A stretch of 64,000 nucleotides of DNA from Candidatus Amphirhobacter sp. (GTDB lineage Bacteria; Pseudomonadota; Gammaproteobacteria; Tethybacterales; Tethybacteraceae), in the NCBI GenBank assembly GCA_965222035.1, contig OZ244940.1:899015-963014 (forward strand). Direction: 5' to 3'. The notes under the pieces were generated by a model, which searched no databases, was not told where the DNA came from, and worked only from the letters and a program-made list of their open reading frames with translations. Positions within the stretch are counted from its first letter, which is position 1; every line of letters begins with the position of its first letter. Made by a program: the position numbers and the translations under genes. Shown piece after piece: positions 19,632 to 28,636 of this stretch.

Positions 19632-20093
19632 ATGCCCGGGCACAACGCCATCGCCATCGCGAACATCTATGTCAAGCTAGCGCAGGCTAGAAAGCACTAT
19701 CTGTCCAAGCTTCCCCTGATGAAGTTCATCTACTTCGCCCATGGCTGGACTTTGGGCTACACGGGAGAACCGCTCATTCGCGAGGACATCCTCGTCTGGA
19801 AATTCGGCCCGGCCATTCTCGAGGTCTATCGCGCCTTCGCGGAGAAAGGTTTTTACATCCAAACTCCGGCGCTGGACAAGAAAGGTGAGGAAATCACCTG
19901 CGAGCAGGATTTGAGCACCCAGGAGCAGGACATCATCATTAAGGTGTTCGATGATTACTCAACTTCAGACGCTATGGAGCTGGTTGGGATTACGCATGCC
20001 AAAGGCGCACCTTGGTCTACCAGCAAACAGAGAGGAGAATCTGTAATTTCTAACGAGATAATCAGGGATTATTACAAGGAGCGGTTGATTTAA
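19632..20093 (+). CDS. Panacea-domain (DUF4065, GepA/SocA-like) putative antitoxin, cassette 1
   Basis: LMKFIYFAHGWTLGYTGEPLIREDILVWKFGPAILEVYRAF matches DUF4065 core; about 50% GC. Confidence 0.7.
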   Translation: MPGHNAIAIANIYVKLAQARKHYLSKLPLMKFIYFAHGWTLGYTGEPLIREDILVWKFGPAILEVYRAFAEKGFYIQTPALDKKGEEITCEQDLSTQEQDIIIKVFDDYSTSDAMELVGITHAKGAPWSTSKQRGESVISNEIIRDYYKERLI

Positions 20094-20094
20094 C

Positions 20095-20538
20095 ATGTTC
20101 GATGAACAATTTAAGGGCCGGGAAGAAGAGTCCGAAAAGGCTCTTAGCCCGCAGGATTTGCTGCGCGAGTATCTTGCAGAGGAACTCTCCGAAGAGGCGG
20201 TGAAAATCAGAAAGGGACGCGAAAGCAAGGAGTTCATTTTCTCCTTGAGCGCCCGGATTATCCTAATCATCGCGGTGCTTGTCGTTGTCGGTATCCTATA
20301 TTGGCAACTATTCCAGGTCGCTGGTGCCTGGTCCGAACTCCGAAACGTCCACCCAGCAGTCCTGACAGCCTTTGTGTCGGGCATCATCATCAGTACCACA
20401 GCGCTGCTGGGCTTCTTGATCGCTGGAGTTTTCCGCAACGCTGACAAGGACAAGCCTGAGCATCCCATGCAGAACCTTCTCAGCAATCCGGGAATAGCCA
20501 GGATCTTCAACCTCAGCGTGCAAGCGCCTCTCAATTAG
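20095..20538 (+). CDS. small membrane protein (acidic N-terminal region + two C-terminal TM helices), putative PanT-like toxin partner, cassette 1
   Basis: ATG 1 nt after upstream stop; TM segments ILIIAVLVVVGILYW and VLTAFVSGIIISTTALLGFLIAGVF. Confidence 0.55.
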   Translation: MFDEQFKGREEESEKALSPQDLLREYLAEELSEEAVKIRKGRESKEFIFSLSARIILIIAVLVVVGILYWQLFQVAGAWSELRNVHPAVLTAFVSGIIISTTALLGFLIAGVFRNADKDKPEHPMQNLLSNPGIARIFNLSVQAPLN

Positions 20539-20595
20539 GCTAACGAGTAAGGCGCCTTAGCTGCCGCCTCGAGAATTAACATCGCCAGGACTGAT

Positions 20596-20769
20596 AGTTC
20601 ATTGTCCTGCCAGGACACTGACGAGGGTGATCTGGACCTCGCACTAGAGGAATAAATCAAGCAGCTGGAGCGGGAGGCCGACCGCCAGGAGTTCTTCCTC
20701 TACGTACTCCTCGGCTTCATGCTGGCCTGCGGCTGCGGCCTCTTCTTCGACGACTACCCACGCCGCTAA
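20596..20769 (+). pseudogene. decayed copy of the 56-aa TM peptide gene of cassette 2 (lost ATG, in-frame TAA at 20653)
   Basis: About 90% nucleotide identity to 21861-22031 but start codon mutated and premature stop. Confidence 0.4.
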
Positions 20770-20787
20770 GCGGCTGGCGGCCAAGCC

Positions 20788-20909
20788 GCGCCAGCGGCCA
20801 GGTCGTCAGCCTGCAGGAGTGGTGGGACCGGCTGGATGCCTGCAAATTGAGAGGCGGCTAAATCCCGCCATACTTGTTTTTCGGCAATTTAGGGCTATAA
20901 TAACCACAA
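20788..20909. repeat. duplicate of oxidoreductase 3' end + promoter (copy 2)
   Basis: See 19512-19631. Confidence 0.8.
20874..20901 (+). promoter_or_regulatory. sigma70-like promoter TTGTTT-N16-TATAAT, leaderless (8 nt to ATG)
   Basis: Conserved copy of 19596-19623. Confidence 0.5.
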
Positions 20910-21356
20910 ATGCCCGGTCACAAAGCCATCGCCATCGCGAACCTCTATGTTCAGCGTGCGCTAGACAACGGCCATGACTTGACCATCATGCCGCTGATGA
21001 AGTACATCTACTTCGCTCATGGCTGGACCCTGGGCTATACAGGCCAGCCGCTCATCCAGGAGGATATCATCTCTTGGAGGCTGGGTCCGGCAATCCCGGA
21101 GGTATACGACGCCTTCAAAGAAAAAGGCTTCATCATCGGCAGCCAGGTCGAGGGCGAGGAGTTCAACTGCGAACTCACCGACGAAGAGAAAAGAATCGTC
21201 TTCGGCGTGTTCGATGATTACTCACGCTTCAAGCCATGGACTCTCTCTAAAATCACCCATGCAAGGGAAACACCGTGGTATAAATATCGGCGGAAGAGAG
21301 GGTCTGTGATACCCAATGATGTGATTGAGCAATATTACAAGGAACGCAAGCAATAG
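20910..21356 (+). CDS. Panacea-domain (DUF4065) putative antitoxin, cassette 2
   Basis: Paralog of 19632-20093 (about 60% aa identity): LMKYIYFAHGWTLGYTGQPLIQEDIISWRLGPAIPEVYDAF. Confidence 0.7.
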   Translation: MPGHKAIAIANLYVQRALDNGHDLTIMPLMKYIYFAHGWTLGYTGQPLIQEDIISWRLGPAIPEVYDAFKEKGFIIGSQVEGEEFNCELTDEEKRIVFGVFDDYSRFKPWTLSKITHARETPWYKYRRKRGSVIPNDVIEQYYKERKQ

Positions 21357-21357
21357 C

Positions 21358-21813
21358 ATGGCCAAACAGCCTTCATTTTCCGGCAAGGAAACCGACGAGC
21401 AAGCCGGCAAGGAAAGTCTGGACATCCGCTCCTTTGTGTATGCTTACCTTGAGTCTCAATCATCCGAAGAGGCTGAGAAGATACGGAAAGGGCAAGAGCG
21501 CAAGGAGTTCATTTTCTCCCTGAGCGTCCGGTCCGCTGCCGCCGGTACGGCGCTTGCAGCTGTCTTGTTCCTGTATCTCCAGCTATACCGGATCATTGGT
21601 GACTGGTCCTCGCTTCAAGAGGGACACCCAGCAGTCCTGACAGCCTTGGTGTCGGGCATCATCATCAGCACCACAGCGCTGCTAGGCTTCCTAATCACTA
21701 GCACTTTTCGCAACGCTGATAAGGACAAGCCTGTGCATCCCATGCAGAACTTTCTCAGCAATCCTAACGTGAGTAGGATTTTCAACCTCAGCGTGCAGGC
21801 GCCGCTCGAATAA
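21358..21813 (+). CDS. small membrane protein (acidic N-terminus + 2 TM), putative toxin partner, cassette 2
   Basis: ATG 1 nt after stop of upstream gene; C-terminal half about 90% identical at nt level to cassette 1, N-terminal half diverged. Confidence 0.55.
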   Translation: MAKQPSFSGKETDEQAGKESLDIRSFVYAYLESQSSEEAEKIRKGQERKEFIFSLSVRSAAAGTALAAVLFLYLQLYRIIGDWSSLQEGHPAVLTALVSGIIISTTALLGFLITSTFRNADKDKPVHPMQNFLSNPNVSRIFNLSVQAPLE

Positions 21814-21860
21814 GCTAACGAGCGGGCGATTTAACTGCCGCTTCAAGAATAAATATAGTC

Positions 21861-22031
21861 ATGATTGACAAATCATTGCCCTACCAGGAAATCGAAGAAG
21901 ATGACCTGGACCTCGAACTAGAGGAAGAAATCAAGCAAATGGAGCGGGAGGCCGACCGCCAGGAGTTCTTCCTCTACGTACTCCTCGGCTTCATGCTGGC
22001 CTGGGGCTGCGGCCTCTTTATGGACGACTAG
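21861..22031 (+). CDS. 56-aa peptide with acidic N-terminal half and single C-terminal TM helix (third cassette gene)
   Basis: MIDKSLPYQEIEEDDLDLELEEEIKQMEREADRQEFFLYVLLGFMLAWGCGLFMDD; below the ORF-track length cutoff; intact only in cassette 2. Confidence 0.4.
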   Translation: MIDKSLPYQEIEEDDLDLELEEEIKQMEREADRQEFFLYVLLGFMLAWGCGLFMDD

Positions 22032-22067
22032 CCTGCGCCGCTAGCAACTGGCGGCCAAGCGCGCGCG

Positions 22068-22532
22068 ATGGCCGACACTTTAACCCCGCAGCAACGCAGC
22101 CAGTTGATGGCGCGCATCCGCGGCAAGGACACCAAGATCGAGCTGCTCGTCCGCCGCGCGCTGCACGGCCTGAAGTTCCGCTATCAACTGCACGACCGCC
22201 GCTTGCCCGGTCGACCCGACATGGTCCTGCCCAAATACCGGGCGGTGATTTTCATCCACGGCTGCTTCTGGCACGGCCACGACTGCGCGTTGCATCGCCC
22301 GCCCTCTTCCAACAAACTATACTGGCGCGACAAGATCACGCGCAATCAGGAACGGGACGCCGCGGCGCTCAAGCAACTGCGCCGCGACGGCTGGCGCTGC
22401 CTGGTGATCTGGGAATGCGCCCTGCGCGGACCGCAGCGGCGCGATTTCGACCGCAGCATCGCCGCGATCGACAGCTGGCTGCGCGGCGACGCGCGCTCCA
22501 AGACCATCCGGGGCAAGACCCAGCGCAAATAA
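22068..22532 (+). CDS. vsr: very short patch repair endonuclease
   Basis: FIHGCFWHGH and WRCLVIWECAL; near full-length match to the Vsr family. Confidence 0.85.
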   Translation: MADTLTPQQRSQLMARIRGKDTKIELLVRRALHGLKFRYQLHDRRLPGRPDMVLPKYRAVIFIHGCFWHGHDCALHRPPSSNKLYWRDKITRNQERDAAALKQLRRDGWRCLVIWECALRGPQRRDFDRSIAAIDSWLRGDARSKTIRGKTQRK

Positions 22533-22544
22533 GCCGCCCGGCGC

Positions 22545-23003
22545 TCAGGCGTCGAGCTGCTTGAGCTTCTCGACCTTCGGGGCCGAGCGCCCGCCCTGGA
22601 ATTCATTGCGCAGGTAAATGTCAACCAGCATCTTCGCTACCGACGGGCCCGTGATCAGGGCGCCGAAGCTGATCACCTGCGCGTCGTTCGAAGCAATGGC
22701 GCGCTCGGCGGTGTACGGATCGGTCACGCAGACTGCCCGGACGCCGGCGACCTTGTTCGCCGCGATCGCCATGCCCGCGCCGGTCCCGCAGATCAGGATG
22801 CCGCGCTCGAACTCGCCCGCGGCCAGCCGCCGCGCCAGCTCAGCGCCGATGTCCGGATAATCGACCGGCTGCTCATCGTCCACACCGATATCACTGATCT
22901 CGGCGCCGTTCGCGCGCAGATGCGCGGCCAGCTCATTCTTGAGCGCCAGGCCGAGATGGTCGCAGCCCAGTCCCAGCTTGGTGGCTAGATACGGCGCGCT
23001 CAT
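22545..23003 (-). CDS. rpiB: ribose-5-phosphate isomerase B (RpiB/LacAB family)
   Basis: GCDHLG, ILICGTGAGMAIAANK conserved RpiB motifs. Confidence 0.8.
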   Translation of the reverse strand: MSAPYLATKLGLGCDHLGLALKNELAAHLRANGAEISDIGVDDEQPVDYPDIGAELARRLAAGEFERGILICGTGAGMAIAANKVAGVRAVCVTDPYTAERAIASNDAQVISFGALITGPSVAKMLVDIYLRNEFQGGRSAPKVEKLKQLDA

Positions 23004-23947
23004 GCCGACAACCGGGGCAATTCCTTGCTGCGCGCCAAGGTGTCCTCAAAGGAGATGATGCCAGCATCCGAGCCCAGGCCCGTCGCCACCAAAGCCGCGG
23101 CCGCCTGGGCGAAGTCCAGGGCCTGCTCAGGATTCATCTGGCGATGCAGCGCCGTGATGAAGCCGGCGTCGAAGGCATCGCCGCAGCCGGTGGTGTCGGT
23201 CACATCGATGGCGTAGGCGGGCGCCTGCAGGCGCGTGCCGTCGGCATGGGCGTAGTACGCGCCCTCGGGCCCGAGGGTGAAGACGCAGCAGGTCGCGCCC
23301 TTGTCCAGATAGAAGGCCGCGCAGTCCGCTGCGTCCTGCTGGTCGGACATGTCGCGCGCCTCTTCGATCGAGGGCATGAAATAATCAATGTGAGGCAGCA
23401 GCGGCTCGACCAGGGCAATCGTCTCCGCGGTCGCCGCGATCAAATCGAAGGTCACGATACGGTCCCGCTTCTTGGCCTCGGCCAGCAGCTTGGCGCTGCG
23501 CTCGCCATCGAGCTTCTGCAGCAGCCCGGTCCCGCCCAGATGGATGATCGGCGCGGCCAGCACCTGGTCGTACATGGCGGCCTCGACATCGAAATGGTCG
23601 GAGGCCCCGCGCAGATGCAAGGCGGGCCGGTCGCCGTTCGGCCGGACATTGAGAATGGTCGCGGAAGTGGGCACGCCCGGCAGGCGCTGCATGGCCGCAG
23701 TGTCCACGCCGAAGCTCTTGAGAGTCGCGATGACGAAATCGGCCTTCTCATCATCGCCGACCGCGCCGACCGCCAGCGTCTTGAGGCCGAGCTTGGCGCA
23801 GTCGACCACCGTCCCGCCTGCGGTACCCGCCACCGTCAGGCGAATCTCATCGATGAATTCGACATTGCCCTTGTCCGGAATGCGCTCGACTGGCCGCCCC
23901 AGCACATCCAGGATGTACAGGCCTATCACCGCTACGTCATGATCCAT
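23000..23947 (-). CDS. PfkB-family carbohydrate kinase
   Basis: DTTGCGDAF PfkB signature 2; ATGA-coupled to rpiB. Confidence 0.8.
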   Translation of the reverse strand: MDHDVAVIGLYILDVLGRPVERIPDKGNVEFIDEIRLTVAGTAGGTVVDCAKLGLKTLAVGAVGDDEKADFVIATLKSFGVDTAAMQRLPGVPTSATILNVRPNGDRPALHLRGASDHFDVEAAMYDQVLAAPIIHLGGTGLLQKLDGERSAKLLAEAKKRDRIVTFDLIAATAETIALVEPLLPHIDYFMPSIEEARDMSDQQDAADCAAFYLDKGATCCVFTLGPEGAYYAHADGTRLQAPAYAIDVTDTTGCGDAFDAGFITALHRQMNPEQALDFAQAAAALVATGLGSDAGIISFEDTLARSKELPRLSA

Positions 23948-24000
23948 GGCTGCTGCTCCTCCTTCCTAGATAGGATTCTAACCTTGCCCGCCAAGCGGGG

Positions 24001-24088
24001 CGGAGAGAGAGGGATTCGAACCCTCGATACGGGAAAACCGTATACACGCTTTCCAAGCGTGCGCCTTCGACCGCTCGGCCACCTCTCC
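24001..24088 (-). tRNA. tRNA-Ser (anticodon GGA), 88 nt with long variable arm
   Basis: Reverse complement GGAGAGGTGGCCGAGCGGT...anticodon loop TTGGAAA...GGTTCGAATCC...; cloverleaf built by hand. Confidence 0.8.
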
Positions 24089-24095
24089 GTGTATC

Positions 24096-25988
24096 TTACT
24101 TGCCCTTGGTGTGGATCTCGACCAGCGCCTCATTGGGCTTGACCGCGTCGCCGACGCTGACCAGGATCGCGACCACCGTCCCCGCGATCGGCGCTTCGAT
24201 CTCGTTCTCCATCTTCATGGCCTCGATCACCAGGACCGCCTCGCCCTGCTTGACCTCCTGCCCTTCCTTGACCAGCACCTGGACCACGTTGCCCGGCATC
24301 GGCGTCGAGACGTGCCCGGGCTTGCTCGCCCGCGGCAGGCCGTCCCGGCCGGCGCCCGGCTTGGCCGCCGCATCGGCGTCGACCGGCGCCAGATCCAGGG
24401 TCTCGAGCAGCACCTCCTCGGTAACGCCATCGACGGTGAAGAACATCGGGCGCTGCTCGGCCGATTTCATGCCCGCGCCGGTCAGCTTGATGTGGAAGGT
24501 CTCGCCGTGCAGCGTTACGTTGAACTCGCTCGGCGCCTGGCCTGCTGAGTCGGGACTGGGTGCGGGTGCGCCCGGCGCCGGGGCCGGCAGCAGTTCCTCG
24601 GGCTTGAGCTGCCCGGCGGCGCGCTCCTGCAGATAAGCCCGGGCGATCTCCGGGAACATCGCATAGGTCAGGATGTCCTCGTCGCTGGTCGCGAGCGAGC
24701 CGATCTCGCCGCGGATCTTGTCGAGCTCGCTGCCGCCGAGCAGGTCGGCGGGCCGGCAGGTGATCACCTCCTCGTCTCCAATCGCCTCTTGGCGGACCTC
24801 TTCGTTAACCGAGCCCGGCGTCGCGCCGTACAGGCCGCGCAGCAGGTTCTTGATCTCCTTGGTCACCGTCTGATAGCGCTTGCCGCCGCCCACCACATTG
24901 AAGACCGCCTGGGTCCCGACGATCTGCGAGGTCGGCGTGACCAGCGGCGGATAGCCCAAATCGGCGCGCACCCGGGGGATTTCCTCCAAGACCTCGTCGA
25001 TCTTGTCGAGCGCGCCCTGCTCCTTGAGCTGGTTGGTCAGGTTGGAGATCATCCCGCCGGGGACGTGGTGCTTGAGCACTCGCGGATCGACGTTGGTGAA
25101 ACTGCTCTCGAACTGCCAGTATTTGCGGCGCACCACCCGGAAGTAGTCCGCGATGCTCTCGAGCTGGGCCGGGTCCAGGCCGGGATCGCGGGGCGTGCCC
25201 TGCAGCGCGGCGCACATGGTCTCGGTCGCCGGATGCGAAGCGCCCTCGGCGAACGGCGAGATCGCGGTGTCGATGATGTCGGCGCCGGCCTCGGCGGCGC
25301 GCAGCATGCACATGCCGGCCAGGCCCGAAGTGTAGTGGCTGTGTACCGCCACCGGCAGGCCGACCTCCGCTTTCAGCCGCGATACCAGCTCAAAGCAGGC
25401 CGGCGGCGTCATGATGCCGGCCATGTCCTTGATGGCGACGCTGGCGCAGCCGGCGTCGGCGAAGCGCTTGGCGAGCTCGACAAAGCCCGTCAGGTCGTGC
25501 ACCGGGCTGGTGGTGTAGGAAATGGCCCCCTGGGCGTGCTTGCCCGCGTCCTTGATAGCTTGCAGGCAGACTTCCATGTTGCGGAAGTCGTTGAGAGCGT
25601 CAAAGACGCGAAAGACGTCGATGCCGTTGTCCGCGGCCTTGGCGACGAAGGAGCGTACGACATCGTCGGCGTAGTGGCGGTAGCCGAGCAGGTTCTGGCC
25701 CCGCAGCAGCATCTGCAGCCGGGTGTTCGGGAGTACCTGGCGCAATTTGCGCAGGCGTTCCCAGGGGTCCTCACGCAAAAAGCGCACGCAGGCGTCGAAG
25801 GTCGCGCCGCCCCAGGCTTCGAGGGACCAGAAGCCGACCTTGTCGAGTTTCTCGCAAATCGGCAGCATGTCGTCCAGGGACATGCGGGTCGCGATCAGCG
25901 ACTGGTGCCCGTCCCGCAAGACCAGCTCGGTGATCTTGAGGGGCTCGGCCGCCGCGGCCCCCTGCTTGCTCGCCTGCTTCTTTGCCAT
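24096..25988 (-). CDS. oadA: oxaloacetate decarboxylase alpha subunit / pyruvate carboxylase subunit B (carboxyltransferase + biotinyl domain)
   Basis: HMGL-like carboxyltransferase domain, C-terminal EAMKMEN biotin attachment motif; the ORF-track N-terminal 186 aa are an Arg/Pro-rich over-extension, true start MAKKQASK at 25988. Confidence 0.8.
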   Translation of the reverse strand: MAKKQASKQGAAAAEPLKITELVLRDGHQSLIATRMSLDDMLPICEKLDKVGFWSLEAWGGATFDACVRFLREDPWERLRKLRQVLPNTRLQMLLRGQNLLGYRHYADDVVRSFVAKAADNGIDVFRVFDALNDFRNMEVCLQAIKDAGKHAQGAISYTTSPVHDLTGFVELAKRFADAGCASVAIKDMAGIMTPPACFELVSRLKAEVGLPVAVHSHYTSGLAGMCMLRAAEAGADIIDTAISPFAEGASHPATETMCAALQGTPRDPGLDPAQLESIADYFRVVRRKYWQFESSFTNVDPRVLKHHVPGGMISNLTNQLKEQGALDKIDEVLEEIPRVRADLGYPPLVTPTSQIVGTQAVFNVVGGGKRYQTVTKEIKNLLRGLYGATPGSVNEEVRQEAIGDEEVITCRPADLLGGSELDKIRGEIGSLATSDEDILTYAMFPEIARAYLQERAAGQLKPEELLPAPAPGAPAPSPDSAGQAPSEFNVTLHGETFHIKLTGAGMKSAEQRPMFFTVDGVTEEVLLETLDLAPVDADAAAKPGAGRDGLPRASKPGHVSTPMPGNVVQVLVKEGQEVKQGEAVLVIEAMKMENEIEAPIAGTVVAILVSVGDAVKPNEALVEIHTKGK

Positions 25989-26037
25989 GGGGTTAAGAGG
26001 GTTAATTTTAACTAACCGGCAGGCCCCGGCCGGGCCG

Positions 26038-27195
26038 TCAGCGCGGGCGCCAGATCCTGCCGCCCGTACTAGGGACAGCGACGCCAGTGGTGAGTGGATA
26101 AGTATATGGCAGGCCGTAGCGGCTGCGCGCGGCCAGGCAGGCGAACAGCTCCGCCTCGATGGCGTCCCCGTCCACGCCCAGCGCGTCGATGGGAGCCCAG
26201 GCGCAGGCGGGCGCGGCCGCGGCCAGCAGCTCCGCCAGCACTGGATTGCGGCGCCCGCCACCCGCCAGATAGGCCCGCTTCGGCGGGGCTGGCAGCAGTT
26301 CGAGCCCGCGGCGGACAGCGGCGGCGGTACCCGCCGCCAGGGTCGCGAGCGCGTCCGGCGGCCCCAGATCCCGGACGGCGGCCAGCCAGCCGTGGAACTG
26401 CTGCCGGTCGGCGGATTTCGGATAGGGCGCGGCCACATAAGGATCAGCCAAGAAGCCTTCCAGGACCGCGGCGTCCGCCTGGCCCTCGCGGGCGCAGCGG
26501 CCGTCCTCATCCAGCGGCTGGTCCAGGCGCTCCCGGGCACAGTCATCGAGCAGGGCGTTGCCCGGGCCGGTGTCGAAGGCCACCATGCGCTCGGGCGCGT
26601 CGGGCGCCGGCAACCAGGTGAGATTGGCGATGCCGCCGAGATTGAGGATCACCAGCGGATAATCATCCGGCTGCAGTCGCTCCCGCGCCAGCATGGCGTG
26701 GTACAGCGGCGCCAGCGGCGCGCCCTGCCCGCCGGCGGCGAGGTCGGCCTGGCGGAAATCGCCGACAACGGGCACCCCCAGGCGGTCGGCGAGGCGCTGG
26801 CAGTCGCCCAGCTGGATGCTCAGGCCCTCAGCGGGCGCATGCAGGACGGTCTGCCCGTGACAGCCGACGAGGTCGACAGCGTCGCGGTCGATACCGGCCT
26901 CAGCGAGACAAGCTTCGATGGCCGCGCCGAATTCATCGGCGATCATCGCCGCGAGCTGCGGCTGCGGCGCCCGCGCCTGCCGCGCATCGGCGACCACCGG
27001 CGCGAGCGCGGCGGCCAGCTCAGCGGACAGCGGGCGGGCGGCGGCGGCGCGGCGGGCCAGGACCGCAGCGCCGTCGGTCTGCAGCACCGCGACGTCGACG
27101 GCGTCCATGGAGGTCCCGCAAATAGCGCCTACGCACAGCAGCGGAGATGGGGCGGGGGCTTGCAATTTAACTTTTAAACAACTAAGTAAGGGCAA
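26038..27195 (-). CDS. anmK: anhydro-N-acetylmuramic acid kinase
   Basis: GTSMDAVDVAVL N-terminal motif and full-length AnmK similarity; exact start uncertain (AT-rich first 10 codons). Confidence 0.75.
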   Translation of the reverse strand: MPLLSCLKVKLQAPAPSPLLCVGAICGTSMDAVDVAVLQTDGAAVLARRAAAARPLSAELAAALAPVVADARQARAPQPQLAAMIADEFGAAIEACLAEAGIDRDAVDLVGCHGQTVLHAPAEGLSIQLGDCQRLADRLGVPVVGDFRQADLAAGGQGAPLAPLYHAMLARERLQPDDYPLVILNLGGIANLTWLPAPDAPERMVAFDTGPGNALLDDCARERLDQPLDEDGRCAREGQADAAVLEGFLADPYVAAPYPKSADRQQFHGWLAAVRDLGPPDALATLAAGTAAAVRRGLELLPAPPKRAYLAGGGRRNPVLAELLAAAAPACAWAPIDALGVDGDAIEAELFACLAARSRYGLPYTYPLTTGVAVPSTGGRIWRPR

Positions 27196-27346
27196 GTCGC
27201 TATTTTAGGCAAGGATGCGGGTTGCCGCATTGGTTTATGCCGCATAATAACGGGCATTCCTGCCAGGCGGGAAGCCTGCCAGGAAGCAGCGGCCACGCTG
27301 TCTTGGAGCAGGAAGCCCGGGACCTGCGAGAATCAACCCATATCTG

Positions 27347-28552
27347 ATGAAACATTCGACCTTCACCATCATCTTCCTGGGACTGCTGCTCGGGACCGGC
27401 CCGGCCGCGGTCGACAGCTACGCGCCGATCCTGGTCTTCGTCGCGGACGACCTGGCCGTGCCCGCCACCAGCGCCCAGCTGGGCCTGTCGGTGGTGCTGT
27501 TCGCCATGGGCCTCGGCCAGATCATCATGGGCCCGATCGCGGACCGCTGGGGCCGGACCCGCCCGCTGTATGCGGGCGTGCTCCTGATGATTGTCGGCTC
27601 GCTGCTGTCCTTGTTGGCGCCGAACATCGAAGTGCTGCTGCTCGGGCGCCTGCTGCAGGGCCTGGGCGCCGCGACCGGCCAGATCCTGGTGCGGGCCATC
27701 CTGCGCGATTTGTACTCGGGCCCGGCGCTCGCCCACGCCACCGCCACGGTCACGGCCATCATGGCGGTCGTGGTGCTGATGTCGCCGCCGGCCGGCTACC
27801 TGCTCGCGCACGCCTTCGGCTGGCGCTCCATGTTCTTCGCCCTGCTCGCCTATGGCGTCGTGCTGCTGCTGTTCGCGCGGTGGAAATACACCGAGACCCT
27901 CGACAAGCCCAATCCGCACGCCCTGCGGCCGGCCTCGATGCTGCGGGCGGCCCACAAGATCTTCGTCCACCCGCAGTCGTGCCGTTTCCTGCTCGTGCTG
28001 CTGATCGGCGGCTTCGCCATGTTCTCGTATGTCGTCAGCTCGCCGGTCGTCTACGCCACCAGCTACGCGACCACCGGGACGAAGTTCGCGCTGCTGTACA
28101 GCAGCATGGGCGTCGGCGCGCTGATCGGCCAATTGCTCAACCGCTGGCTAATCAACAGCATCGGCACGGTCCCGACGATGATCCTGGCGCTGGGCTGCAC
28201 CGCCGCGGCGCTGGCGCTCGGCCTGCTGCTGCAGCTGCTCGACCTGATGAACGCCTACGGCTTCGCGGCCACGCTGTTCGTCTTCGCCGCCGGCTTTCTC
28301 ATGGCGGTCTCGAACGCGACCGCGCTGGTGATGGATCCGCACGGCCGCTACGCCGGCTTCGCCGCGAGCCTGGTCGGGACGCTGTCGTTCGTGATCGGCT
28401 CGATCGTCGGGACCGCCATCGCGCGCTACGCCGCCGGCGACGCGGTCATCATCCTGGCGAGCATGCTCGCGAGCGTGCTGGTCTGCCTGGCGCTCACGGC
28501 CGATTGGCTGTGGCAAGCGCGGCACCGGCATCCGGAGGCGGTGACCACTTGA
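27347..28552 (+). CDS. MFS transporter, Bcr/CflA drug-resistance subfamily
   Basis: 12 TM, GPIADRWGRTRPL MFS motif A. Confidence 0.8.
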   Translation: MKHSTFTIIFLGLLLGTGPAAVDSYAPILVFVADDLAVPATSAQLGLSVVLFAMGLGQIIMGPIADRWGRTRPLYAGVLLMIVGSLLSLLAPNIEVLLLGRLLQGLGAATGQILVRAILRDLYSGPALAHATATVTAIMAVVVLMSPPAGYLLAHAFGWRSMFFALLAYGVVLLLFARWKYTETLDKPNPHALRPASMLRAAHKIFVHPQSCRFLLVLLIGGFAMFSYVVSSPVVYATSYATTGTKFALLYSSMGVGALIGQLLNRWLINSIGTVPTMILALGCTAAALALGLLLQLLDLMNAYGFAATLFVFAAGFLMAVSNATALVMDPHGRYAGFAASLVGTLSFVIGSIVGTAIARYAAGDAVIILASMLASVLVCLALTADWLWQARHRHPEAVTT

Positions 28553-28636
28553 CACAACTGACCAGGGTGGTCCTATAATAGGCAGTCCCACTTCTCCCCC
28601 GACATTGCCCAACCCCTTCCACTACGGTAAAATCGG

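Noticed and set aside
22028-22067. Possible terminator hairpin gccgc-tagcaactg-gcggc after the peptide ORF
   Set aside because: Only a 5-bp stem with 9-nt loop and no T-tract; too weak to call
24096-26546. 816-aa version of oadA/pycB
   Set aside because: N-terminal 186 aa are low-complexity R/P/W-rich readthrough of intergenic DNA; the carboxyltransferase domain begins at MAKKQ (25988)
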